Below are positions 21,565 to 30,464 of a stretch of DNA of 59,080 nucleotides, in pieces. The notes beneath the pieces are model-generated. The model saw only the letters and a program-made list of their open reading frames with translations. It searched no databases and had not been told where the DNA came from. The stretch spans positions 1 to 59,080 of the forward strand of contig CALXLO010000005.1 in the NCBI GenBank assembly GCA_944389235.1, read 5' to 3'. The stretch's first letter is position 1; each line of letters starts with the position of its first letter. Source of the DNA: an uncultured Alphaproteobacteria bacterium (GTDB lineage: Bacteria > Pseudomonadota > Alphaproteobacteria > Rs-D84). The position numbers were made by a program, and so were the translations under genes.

Positions 21565-22068
21565 GTGGCACCAATGTATGTAAAACCGCTGATTATATTT
21601 GAAACAAAGTTAAACGGGACATTGGTGGACAGTTTTCGGGTTTTTCGTACGCCGCACACATTAAAAACATTTTTAGAATCTTGGAATTATATGCAGCCAT
21701 CGCCATCTGGTGAAATGTCCGAAGTTTTACCAGAATTTCGTCTGGGTACGCGGCTGCGTTTTAATTTGGATGATTATTTATGTCGGTCGGATATTTTGTG
21801 GGGACCGCGTTTTATCATAGGGCGTGCTATGCGCATGGATGGCAAGCGTTTATTTGTTGATGCCCCAATGACCAAGATTGGTGCATTTGGGTTGGCAAAT
21901 TCACCGCGTGAATGGCGCGAGATTCCTTTCCATCATGGTATGGCAGATGCGGTAATTGATTTAACAAATATGCGCCAATTGTGGCCAAAATGTGAATTTA
22001 GTCGTTCTGAACTGGCGCGATTTATGACACGCGTTGCCCGACAAAGATATATTATACGGGGGCGTTAA
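21565..22068 (+). CDS. Hypothetical protein (paralog of upstream gene)
   Basis: Same motifs; fills the gap to truB. Confidence 0.75.
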   Translation: MAPMYVKPLIIFETKLNGTLVDSFRVFRTPHTLKTFLESWNYMQPSPSGEMSEVLPEFRLGTRLRFNLDDYLCRSDILWGPRFIIGRAMRMDGKRLFVDAPMTKIGAFGLANSPREWREIPFHHGMADAVIDLTNMRQLWPKCEFSRSELARFMTRVARQRYIIRGR

Positions 22069-22070
22069 TC

Positions 22071-22946
22071 GTGGCAGACGGGTGGATTATCTTGGACAAG
22101 CCATCTGGCATAACCAGTCGTGCGGCCGGCACGCGCGTGGCACGCATGTTTGGGGCGCGAACATTTGGTCATGTTGGCACACTGGACCCCATGGCATCGG
22201 GGGTATTGCCCATCGCAATTGGTGCAGCAACACGAATGATACCGTTTGTTGAAGACGCACGCCCGTCAATCAAAGAATATTTATTTTCTGTTCAATTTGG
22301 CACAGAAACAGATACATTAGATATAACCGGCGCGCAAACTGTGCGTACAGATATTATACCAACAACAGATGCGGTTATTAATGCGCTGGGGCAATTTATT
22401 GGCGATACAGAACAAACGCCACCGATGTACAGCGCGGTGCATATTGATGGTCGTCGTGCATACGAACTGGCGCGGCGGGGCATGGCGGCGCAAATGCCGG
22501 CGCGGCGCGTGCACATTGATGCGTTAAAGTTAATATCGTGTAATGATAATTTATGGACATTTTGTGTACGATGTGGACGCGGGACATATATACGCGCATT
22601 GGCGCGTGATATTGCCGCTGCATGCGGCACTGTTGCAACGGTTAGCATGATACGCCGCACAGAAACAATCGGATATGATGTAAAAAACGCTGTAAAACTT
22701 GATTTTTTAGAAAATCTGGTTAATAATGGTGCGGATTTCAGTAAATATCTGGAACCAACAGATTTTGGACTGGGGGACATTCCGGTTTTGAATCTGGACG
22801 ATAAATCGGCAAAATTATACAAAAACGGCGGGTTTGTCGCGACAAATGGGGCAAATGGATTACAACGCGTTTATTCTGATAGTAAGTTTATTGGTATTGG
22901 AATAATTTGCGATAATGTATTGCGTCCAAAACGAACAATAAAATAA
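22071..22946 (+). CDS. truB: tRNA pseudouridine(55) synthase
   Basis: LDKPSGITS, GHVGTLDPMASGVL, PPMYSA, GTYIRAL. Confidence 0.96.
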   Translation: MADGWIILDKPSGITSRAAGTRVARMFGARTFGHVGTLDPMASGVLPIAIGAATRMIPFVEDARPSIKEYLFSVQFGTETDTLDITGAQTVRTDIIPTTDAVINALGQFIGDTEQTPPMYSAVHIDGRRAYELARRGMAAQMPARRVHIDALKLISCNDNLWTFCVRCGRGTYIRALARDIAAACGTVATVSMIRRTETIGYDVKNAVKLDFLENLVNNGADFSKYLEPTDFGLGDIPVLNLDDKSAKLYKNGGFVATNGANGLQRVYSDSKFIGIGIICDNVLRPKRTIK

Positions 22947-22962
22947 AACAAAGGAAAAATAA

Positions 22963-23235
22963 ATGTCCGTTACAAAAGAAAAAAAACGCGAATTGATACA
23001 GCAATTCAAAACAACAGATACAGATAATGGTGGTTCTGCGGCATCCCAGGTTGCTGTTTTAACTGAACGGATACGCAATCTGACCGTGCACATGAAGAAT
23101 AATCACAAAGATTTACATTCCAGACATGGTCTGACCAAGATGGTTAATCGCCGTAAAAAATTGTTGGCGTACATCAAGAAAAACAGTACCACAGAATACG
23201 AAGATTTGATTAAAAAATTGGGTCTGCGTAAATAA
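22963..23235 (+). CDS. rpsO: 30S ribosomal protein S15
   Basis: QVAVLTERI, KDLHSRHGL, LGLRK. Confidence 0.97.
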   Translation: MSVTKEKKRELIQQFKTTDTDNGGSAASQVAVLTERIRNLTVHMKNNHKDLHSRHGLTKMVNRRKKLLAYIKKNSTTEYEDLIKKLGLRK

Positions 23236-23266
23236 AAAACCGGGATTTTCCCGGTTTTTTATTATA

Positions 23267-23623
23267 TTACATTCCCATACAGTAAGCGCAATCACCGCCT
23301 GATATGCCGGACGGTAAAGATGCGTGTATTGTACAACATTCTGTGCGTTTTGATGTTGCGTTGCACCCGCTATAACTCTGCACATAGGTGCCGGTGCTGT
23401 CGCTAAGCGTTCTATCTGCGCGACTGCAATATGTCCCAGATAAACTCCAGCCTGATGGACAAGAATAAGATGTCTGATATGCCCCATTTGGACAGCAATA
23501 TTTACCCCTGGTTGTTGAATTGCAAAAATTTTGCTCAGTATATGTGCATTGCAAACTGCCCAAAGCATAGACATTGCAAACAGACAACGCAAATACGAAT
23601 ACACTAAATAAGTATTTTTTCAT
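23267..23623 (-). CDS. Secreted cysteine-rich protein
   Basis: Signal peptide MKKYLF..VYA; 11 Cys in the mature part. Confidence 0.75.
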   Translation of the reverse strand: MKKYLFSVFVFALSVCNVYALGSLQCTYTEQNFCNSTTRGKYCCPNGAYQTSYSCPSGWSLSGTYCSRADRTLSDSTGTYVQSYSGCNATSKRTECCTIHASLPSGISGGDCAYCMGM

Positions 23624-23731
23624 TTGAAATATTCCCACTCTATATTTTTTACAAGTACATTATATCTTGCACAAAGATACATATCAATTAAATTATTTGC
23701 AATGGCGTAAATATGGTTTATAATCGGCACT

Positions 23732-23800
23732 GCGCGGGGGATAAATTGTTCATTCTTGCATTTTATTCGGAATGCAAAAACGAATGATTTTTCTTCGCGC
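23732..23800 (+). promoter_or_regulatory. Long imperfect hairpin in pnp 5' leader
   Basis: GCGCGGGGGA...TTCTTCGCGC outer stem with TTGCATT/AATGCAA inner stem, after TTGCAA-16-TATAAT promoter (23697-23724). Confidence 0.65.
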
Positions 23801-23825
23801 TTAATTAAAGTTATAACAATATTAG

Positions 23826-26006
23826 ATGGAGAAAAATATGTTATTCGGTTTATTTAACAAAGATGAAAAAAAACAATTAAATAATCCTATTGCGGTTGAA
23901 ATTCCATACGGCAATACAACATTGCGCCTGGAAACCGGCCGCATGGCAAAGCAGGCAAATGGTTCTGTTTTGGCAACAATGGGCGGGACAATGGTCTTGG
24001 CAACCGTATGTGCAGAAAAAACAGCGGTCGAAGGGCAAGATTTCTTTCCGTTAACCGTTGATTACCAAGAAAAATTTGCATCTGCTGGTCGCATTCCTGG
24101 TTCACGCGACAGACGCGAAGGCAAACCATCAACCACAGAAACACTGATTGCGCGTTTGATTGACCGTCCAATTCGGCCGCTGTTTCCAGAAACTTTCAAA
24201 AACAAAGTGCAAATTGTTGCCCAGGTGTTTTCATACGACAGACAAAATCAGCCAGATATTTTGGCAATGATTGCTGCGTCTGCGGCGTTGGCGTTATCTG
24301 GTGTGCCGTTTGCAGGTCCGATTGGTGCGGCACGCGTCGGGTATTCAGATGGTAAATACATCTTGAATCCGTCCAAGTCTGAAACCGAAGATTCTGAAAT
24401 GGATTTGGTTGTTGCTGCGACCAAAGATGGCGTTTTAATGGTTGAATCTGAAATCGGCGAATTAGACGAAGCAACAACATTGGGTGCGGTTAAATTTGGA
24501 TTTGACGCACAACAAGATGTTATTCGTGCAATCAATGAATTGGCAGATAAAGCCGGCAAAGAACATTGGGCTGTGCCCGAACATTCAGATGAATATATCG
24601 CAATGCAGACAGATTTTGAATCTTTTGCGGGCGATATTGAAAATGCACTGCAAATAAAAGAAAAATTGGTGCGTCTGGATACATTGGCACAAATTCATAC
24701 TGCGGCCAAGGCGCGTATTCCAGAAATGTTCCCAGAAACCACAACGGCGACATCGACACTGGAATCGTGGGCAGATGAAATAATTGAAAATATCACTGCA
24801 CGCATTATGCGCAGTAATATCTTGGCGGGCAAGCCGCGTATCGATGGGCGCGATAATAAAACCGTTCGTCCGATTGAAATTGAATTGGGTGTGTTGCCGC
24901 GCGCACATGGTTCTGCGCTGTTTACACGCGGTGAAACCCAGGCGTTGGTATCATTAACCTTGGGCGGTGGCAAAGATGCACTGCCGATGGAGGGGTTAGA
25001 TGGTGCCGAAGAACGCGACTTTATATTAAACTATAATTTCCCGGGTTATTCTGTCGGCGAATGCAAGGGCTTGAAATCACCTGGTCGTCGCGAAATCGGT
25101 CATGGAAACCTGGCATGGCGTGCGTTGCACCCAATGGTGCCATCGCGCGAAAAATTTGACTATGTTATTCGCGTTGTGTCAGATATTTTGGAATCAAATG
25201 GTTCGTCATCAATGGCGACAACATGTGGTGCCACATTGGCAATGATGGATGGCGGTGTACCACTGACCCGTCCAGTTGCCGGTATTGCAATGGGCTTAAT
25301 CAAAGAAGGTGATGATTACGCTATCTTGACCGATATTTTGGGCGACGAAGACCACTTGGGCGACATGGATTTCAAGGTAACAGGTACTGACCGTGGTATT
25401 ACGGCATTACAGATGGATATTAAAATTACATCTATTACTTTTGAAATCATGGAACGCGCATTGGCCCAGGCCAAAGACGGTCGTATGCACATTTTGGGCA
25501 AAATTGAAAAGGCTATCAAGGCACCACGCGACCATGTGTCTGAATTTGCGCCACAAATGTATACTATGAAAATCAATCCGGACAAGGTTCGTGATGTTAT
25601 CGGCAAGGGCGGGGTGGTTATCCAGGCCTTGACGCGTGAAACGAACACTCAAATCGACCTAGAAGATGATGGTACCGTTAAAATTATGGCGGTATCCAAA
25701 GACGATGCTGATGCAGCAATGGAACGCATCAAAGGCATTATTGCAGAACCCGAAGTCGGTATGATTTATCCAGGTGTTGTATCTGGGGTCAAAGATTTTG
25801 GACTGTTTGTGAAAATTCTGAACGGATTTGAAGCAATGGTTCATATTTCTGAAATAACCGGTGAACGCATCGCCAAGATAGAAGACACCAAGATAAAAGA
25901 AGGCGATAAAGTATTTGTTCGCTATCTGGGTGCTGATAAACGCGGTAAAACGCGTATGTCTATGGTCGGTATTGACCAGAAAACAGGTGCGGAAATAGAA
26001 AAATAA
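23826..26006 (+). CDS. pnp: Polyribonucleotide nucleotidyltransferase
   Basis: FFPLTVDY, RLIDRPIRPLF, RREIGHG, DHLGDMDFKV, KH+S1; start may be 23838. Confidence 0.97.
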   Translation: MEKNMLFGLFNKDEKKQLNNPIAVEIPYGNTTLRLETGRMAKQANGSVLATMGGTMVLATVCAEKTAVEGQDFFPLTVDYQEKFASAGRIPGSRDRREGKPSTTETLIARLIDRPIRPLFPETFKNKVQIVAQVFSYDRQNQPDILAMIAASAALALSGVPFAGPIGAARVGYSDGKYILNPSKSETEDSEMDLVVAATKDGVLMVESEIGELDEATTLGAVKFGFDAQQDVIRAINELADKAGKEHWAVPEHSDEYIAMQTDFESFAGDIENALQIKEKLVRLDTLAQIHTAAKARIPEMFPETTTATSTLESWADEIIENITARIMRSNILAGKPRIDGRDNKTVRPIEIELGVLPRAHGSALFTRGETQALVSLTLGGGKDALPMEGLDGAEERDFILNYNFPGYSVGECKGLKSPGRREIGHGNLAWRALHPMVPSREKFDYVIRVVSDILESNGSSSMATTCGATLAMMDGGVPLTRPVAGIAMGLIKEGDDYAILTDILGDEDHLGDMDFKVTGTDRGITALQMDIKITSITFEIMERALAQAKDGRMHILGKIEKAIKAPRDHVSEFAPQMYTMKINPDKVRDVIGKGGVVIQALTRETNTQIDLEDDGTVKIMAVSKDDADAAMERIKGIIAEPEVGMIYPGVVSGVKDFGLFVKILNGFEAMVHISEITGERIAKIEDTKIKEGDKVFVRYLGADKRGKTRMSMVGIDQKTGAEIEK

Positions 26007-26078
26007 TCGCAACGATAACCGCGCCTGCCAATGTTCTTTGGGTGGCGCGGTTATTATAATTAACCAATGGTGTAAATT

Positions 26079-26378
26079 ATGGATATGGAATCTTTGATGG
26101 CCCAGGCCAGCGCACTGCAAGATAAGGTCGCCGCGGCGCAAAATAAATTGGCGGCAACACATGTCAAAGGTATTGCCGACGGTGGCGCATGTGTTATTGA
26201 TATGACCGGCAAGTATGACTTGGCAGATATAACAATTCGCGACGATGTGCTGACCCGTGGCGCAGATGCCGTTGCACAAATTGTTGCAATTGCCTATAAC
26301 GATGCCAAGGCCAAGGCAGACGCATTGATTGAACGCGTAATGGGCGAAGCAACCGCCGGCGTTCCGATGCCAGAATAA
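26079..26378 (+). CDS. ybaB: YbaB/EbfC nucleoid-associated protein
   Basis: LMAQA..LQ, G.ADGG, AYNDAK pattern. Confidence 0.85.
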   Translation: MDMESLMAQASALQDKVAAAQNKLAATHVKGIADGGACVIDMTGKYDLADITIRDDVLTRGADAVAQIVAIAYNDAKAKADALIERVMGEATAGVPMPE

Positions 26379-26428
26379 AAAAAGGCTAGACAACGCGATA
26401 AAAAAGCCTTATTATTTGCCAGCGATAT

Positions 26429-26505
26429 GGATGTTTAGCTCAGTTGATTAGAGCGTCTCGTTTACACCGAGAAGGTCGGGGGTTTGAGTCCCTCAACATC
26501 CACCA
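26429..26505 (+). tRNA. tRNA-Val(TAC)
   Basis: GGATGTT/AACATCC acceptor, TCTCG-TTTACAC-CGAGA arm, CCA end. Confidence 0.93.
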
Positions 26506-26616
26506 CAAAATATAATCGCCCAACGGGCGATTTTATTTTGTGCATGGGGATGCATCCCGCAGCGCAGGGGCGTTTGATAATAGTTCAACTTAGTATAGCT
26601 GTTTTTTTTACAAAAT

Positions 26617-26781
26617 TTATTTTAATCTTGAATGTTTGAATTTTGGGGATGAATATGCGCGTTGTTTTGATTCCAGTTCTGCCATTACGATTGGCTTTAT
26701 GCGTTCCAGCAAAGTAAACAATGTACAATATGCGTTTAGCAATTCGTCAAATAGTTCTGCTTTGGTTTTTGATTTTGCCAT
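26617..26781 (-). CDS. 54-aa orphan protein, copy 3
   Basis: Near-identical to 53-217 and 641-805. Confidence 0.7.
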   Translation of the reverse strand: MAKSKTKAELFDELLNAYCTLFTLLERIKPIVMAELESKQRAYSSPKFKHSRLK

Positions 26782-26827
26782 GTTAACCCCCATAAAATAT
26801 AAACAAAAACCACCAGATAAAAACACA

Positions 26828-26900
26828 GGTGGTTGGAGGCTTCTAACAATTAGCAAGAATTGCGACTTTTATTCAATATATTCAAAGTCCCTCCAACCAC
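26828..26900 (-). ncRNA. C4-like antisense RNA
   Basis: P1 GTGGTTGGAGG/CCTCCAACCAC, P2 GACTTT/AAAGTC, P3 GCAATT/AATTGT; b' CTTGCTA and a' TTAGAAG complementary to upstream b1 (26936-26942) and a1 (26948-26954). Confidence 0.75.
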
Positions 26901-26986
26901 GAATTGGGTTGGAGTTTTTATCGTCCCTGCGGACGCTTGCTATTGGATTAGAAGTATCCAGCGACAGAACACCCGTCGCAAAAATT

Positions 26987-27037
26987 ATTATAGTCAGCAT
27001 AATTTAATATTGCAATCTGAAAATTGTTTGGTATAAT
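26987..27037. promoter_or_regulatory. Divergent promoters sharing a palindromic TTGCAA -35
   Basis: TATAAT on - (26987-26992) and on + (27032-27037), 17 and 16 nt from TTGCAA at 27010-27015. Confidence 0.55.
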
Positions 27038-27051
27038 CGCCAAGTTAAAAT

Positions 27052-27299
27052 AGTTTTGGTGGTTAGTTCAGTGTAAATATTGTCGATTTCATGGACAAAT
27101 CACCGGAACAAAGGCAGTTTTGGGTGGTTAGTTCAGTTGGTCAGCCGCGTGCGTTGACATCGTAAAGGTTGTCGGTTTCATGGACAAATCACCGGAACAA
27201 AGGCAGTTTTGGGTGGTTAGTTCAGTTGGTCAGCCGCGTGCGTTGACATCGTAAAGGTTGTCGGTTTCATGGACAAATCACCGGAACAAAGGCAGTTTT
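27052..27299 (+). repeat. Tandem 89-bp repeats = degenerate tRNA-Val(GAC) copies (2 full + 1 partial)
   Basis: 27122-27210 identical to 27211-27299; align to the downstream tRNA; no CCA. Confidence 0.9.
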
Positions 27300-27376
27300 G
27301 GGTGGTTAGCTCAGTTGGTTAGAGCGTTACGTTGACATCGTAAAGGTCGTTGGTTCGAGTCCAATACCACCCACCA
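27300..27376 (+). tRNA. tRNA-Val(GAC)
   Basis: GGGTGGT/ACCACCC acceptor, TTACG-TTGACAT-CGTAA, TTCGAGT, CCA. Confidence 0.96.
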
Positions 27377-27521
27377 TCTTTTGCCAAGGCTTCTGGCATG
27401 ATAGTAAAAATAATGTTATAAAGAAAAATGCGAATGTATAAATAATCTTAAATTAAAATTCTGACGGGTTTTATGGGCACCCCGTTGGGTGCCCATATTA
27501 TTTGAAACACAGGGGTAAACC

Positions 27522-29534
27522 ATGACAACCAATAACAAAAAACAAAAATATTTAATTACATCTGCATTGCCGTATGTAAATGGTGATTTACACCTGGGGC
27601 ATTTGGTGGGATGTTGGCTGCCATCGGATATATATGCGCGTTTTTGCCGCGCGCGCGGACGCGATGTATTATACATCTGTGGCGCAGATGAACATGGCAC
27701 ACCCGCCATCGTTGGTGCAAAAAAAGAAGGATTGCCCGTATTAGAATACAATAATAAATATTATGAAAAGCATCTGCGGGCTGTCCATGATTTTGAATTG
27801 TCTTTTGACCTGTATGGTCGCACGCACACGCAATTACAAGAAAAACTGATTCACGAATTATTTAACAGATTAGATGCACTGGGATTAATAGAAGAACGCG
27901 AAACCATGCAGCCTTTTTCCGTTGATGACAATATGTTTCTGGCCGACAGGCAATTGGTTGGGACATGTCCAAAATGTGGATATGAAAACGCCAGTGGCGA
28001 CCAATGCGACAGATGCAGCGCAACATACGACGCATCTGAATTAATCAATCCACGCAGTACAATTTCTGGCAGTACAAATATTGAAATACGCCCAACAAAA
28101 AATTTATTCTTTTTGGCTTCGCGCGTCCAAGATGTATGGCGTAAATGGCTGGGGACACACGCACCAAAATGGTCGCGTACAGCGGCGGCAATTGCTGCGG
28201 GTTGGGCAAACGACGAACTGCGCGACACATCAATAACGCGTGATTTACCATGGGGAATACCTGTAAACAAGCCTGGATATGAAAACAAAGTTTTCTATGT
28301 CTGGTTTGATGCACCATGGGGGTATGTTTCTATATCCCAGGCCGCAACTGATGATTGGGCATCATGGTGGAAAAACGACGATACATATTATGCGCAATTT
28401 ATGGGCAAAGATAATGTTAAATTCCATGCTGTATTCTTTCCAGAACAACAACTGGCGATAAATGATGGATGGAAAACTGTTGATATGCTGAAATCTATGA
28501 ACTTTTTGAACTTTGAAGGTGGCAAATTTTCAAAATCGCAACATCGTGGGGTGTTTTTAGAAGACGCTATTTCAATTGCACCGGCCGATGCATGGCGGTA
28601 TGCACTGGCGGCATCTGCGCCGGAAACAGATGATACTGATTTTACTTTTTCGCGCTTTGCAGATATTGTCAATAAGGACCTGAATGGGATGCTGGGGAAT
28701 TTTGTGTCCCGCGTTTGTAAATTAACCGCCAAACACTTTGGCGACACTGTACCGGCGGCCAGTACGCATGATGCAGAACTGGAAAAACAAATAAACGAAA
28801 AATTGCGCGAATTAACAGATGCGCTGGACGCGTGCGAATTTCGTGCAGCTGTCTTTGCACTGCGTGGGCTGTACGCGATTGGTAATGAATATATGACACT
28901 GCAAGAACCATGGACACTGGTAAAAAATGGCAATCTGGGGGCAGGGGGCGCAGTATTAAATCAATGTATGCAATTAATTGATTTATATGCACGCGTGTCG
29001 GCACCGTTTATACCAAATGCCGCAGAAAAAATGCGCCAAATATTTAATGCAGATTTAGACTTGTCTTGGCCGATTCGATACGAACAACGCATTGCAAACG
29101 GGGTAAAATTTACTGTTCCGGAAAATCTATTTACACGAATCGATGACGAAACGGTCGCAAAATTAACTGATAAATATGCACCAAAATCAGACAACGCACC
29201 CAAACCTGTTACGGCAAAAATTATTGATGTAAAAGACCACCCAAGCCGTGAAAATCTGCATATTCTGACCGTTGATGATGGAACCAATCACCAATTACAA
29301 ATCGTATGCGGCGCACCAAATGTTCGCCCTGGAATGATTGGCGTATTGGCACCAGTTGGAACAAAACTTGTTTGTACAAAAAAACCTATTGTCAAAAAAA
29401 CAGTTGCAAACATAGAATCTTTTGGTATGATGTGCAGCGCGAAAGAGTTGGGCGTGGGCGACGATGGTGAAAACTTATTGGAATTGGATTCTGATACACC
29501 CGTCGGTCAAGTATACGAAAATATTAAAAAATAA
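27522..29534 (+). CDS. metG: Methionine--tRNA ligase with C-terminal tRNA-binding OB domain
   Basis: ITSALPYVNG..HLGH, DEHG, CPKC/CDRC knuckles, YVWFDA, KFSKS. Confidence 0.96.
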   Translation: MTTNNKKQKYLITSALPYVNGDLHLGHLVGCWLPSDIYARFCRARGRDVLYICGADEHGTPAIVGAKKEGLPVLEYNNKYYEKHLRAVHDFELSFDLYGRTHTQLQEKLIHELFNRLDALGLIEERETMQPFSVDDNMFLADRQLVGTCPKCGYENASGDQCDRCSATYDASELINPRSTISGSTNIEIRPTKNLFFLASRVQDVWRKWLGTHAPKWSRTAAAIAAGWANDELRDTSITRDLPWGIPVNKPGYENKVFYVWFDAPWGYVSISQAATDDWASWWKNDDTYYAQFMGKDNVKFHAVFFPEQQLAINDGWKTVDMLKSMNFLNFEGGKFSKSQHRGVFLEDAISIAPADAWRYALAASAPETDDTDFTFSRFADIVNKDLNGMLGNFVSRVCKLTAKHFGDTVPAASTHDAELEKQINEKLRELTDALDACEFRAAVFALRGLYAIGNEYMTLQEPWTLVKNGNLGAGGAVLNQCMQLIDLYARVSAPFIPNAAEKMRQIFNADLDLSWPIRYEQRIANGVKFTVPENLFTRIDDETVAKLTDKYAPKSDNAPKPVTAKIIDVKDHPSRENLHILTVDDGTNHQLQIVCGAPNVRPGMIGVLAPVGTKLVCTKKPIVKKTVANIESFGMMCSAKELGVGDDGENLLELDSDTPVGQVYENIKK

Positions 29535-29543
29535 AGGTTAATT

Positions 29544-29813
29544 ATGTACAGCAACAGACAAGTTGATTTATCTATTAATGATGAAACGATACGCATTATA
29601 TGCAATCAGTGCAAGGCAAATGAAAAATGTATGTCTGGGATGCAGTGCCAAGTTTTGCAATATATTACTGAACGCGTGCCAAATGTGACATGGCGTTATA
29701 GTGATGTAAACCCTAAAATTGGTATTGTTGCCGATTCCCAAGACGCACTGGACAAGGTACGCGTTATTGTAAACCGTGCAATCAGAATGCGTACAATGGA
29801 TAAATCGCGATAA
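29544..29813 (+). CDS. Hypothetical protein with Cys cluster
   Basis: 89-aa ORF filling the metG-queH gap, CxxC...C...C. Confidence 0.65.
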   Translation: MYSNRQVDLSINDETIRIICNQCKANEKCMSGMQCQVLQYITERVPNVTWRYSDVNPKIGIVADSQDALDKVRVIVNRAIRMRTMDKSR

Positions 29814-29821
29814 TATAAAAT

Positions 29822-30409
29822 ATGACTGATGCCCGAAATGTTCGCCTGGTTTTAATGTCTTGTTGCGCACCATGCAGCGCGGGCGCAATAAAACAACTGG
29901 CCGATGGCGAAATTCCGGGTATCAGCGATTTTATTGTTTTATTTTTTAATCCTAATATTTTTCCCGCAGATGAATACGACCGGCGTTTAGCTGAACAGAT
30001 AAAATATTGTAATTCGCTGGGGGTAAAATACGCAATCGGCGAATATGACCACAACGCATGGCGGTGCGCAGTACGCGGTATGGAATCAGAACCAGAACGC
30101 GGCGCGCGTTGCAGTGCATGTTTTCAATTTCGTTTTGATTATGCGCGACGATGGGCCGCAGAACACGGATATGACGCAGTGGCATCTGTATTCGGGGTGT
30201 CGCGACACAAAGACCAATCACAAGTTGACATGGCCGGAATTACCGCACTGGGTGATAAATATATGCCAATAAAATGGGACGAAAAATTGCGTCAGAAAAT
30301 TGGGCACGAATCAAATTTCTATCGGCAAAATTATTGTGGATGCGAATTTTCTATGCGACCACAACAGAAAAATGACAACACTATGATAAAAATTATTCCC
30401 ATCAGATAA
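29822..30409 (+). CDS. queH: Epoxyqueuosine reductase QueH
   Basis: CCAPCS, NPNI, EPERGARC..CF, YRQNYCGC. Confidence 0.93.
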   Translation: MTDARNVRLVLMSCCAPCSAGAIKQLADGEIPGISDFIVLFFNPNIFPADEYDRRLAEQIKYCNSLGVKYAIGEYDHNAWRCAVRGMESEPERGARCSACFQFRFDYARRWAAEHGYDAVASVFGVSRHKDQSQVDMAGITALGDKYMPIKWDEKLRQKIGHESNFYRQNYCGCEFSMRPQQKNDNTMIKIIPIR

Positions 30410-30464
30410 TATTTGCGCACGACATATTTCAATTCTATAATCCCAAAATGTAAAAGGAGTTTAT

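Noticed and set aside
27052-27299. CRISPR array
   Set aside because: Units are contiguous identical 89-mers derived from tRNA-Val, with no unique spacers and no cas genes
27428-27505. Met leader peptide (MRMYK) attenuator for metG
   Set aside because: Only one internal Met codon and a weak U-tract; the hairpin may simply end the tRNA transcript, although a competing CTGACGGG/CCCGTTGG stem exists
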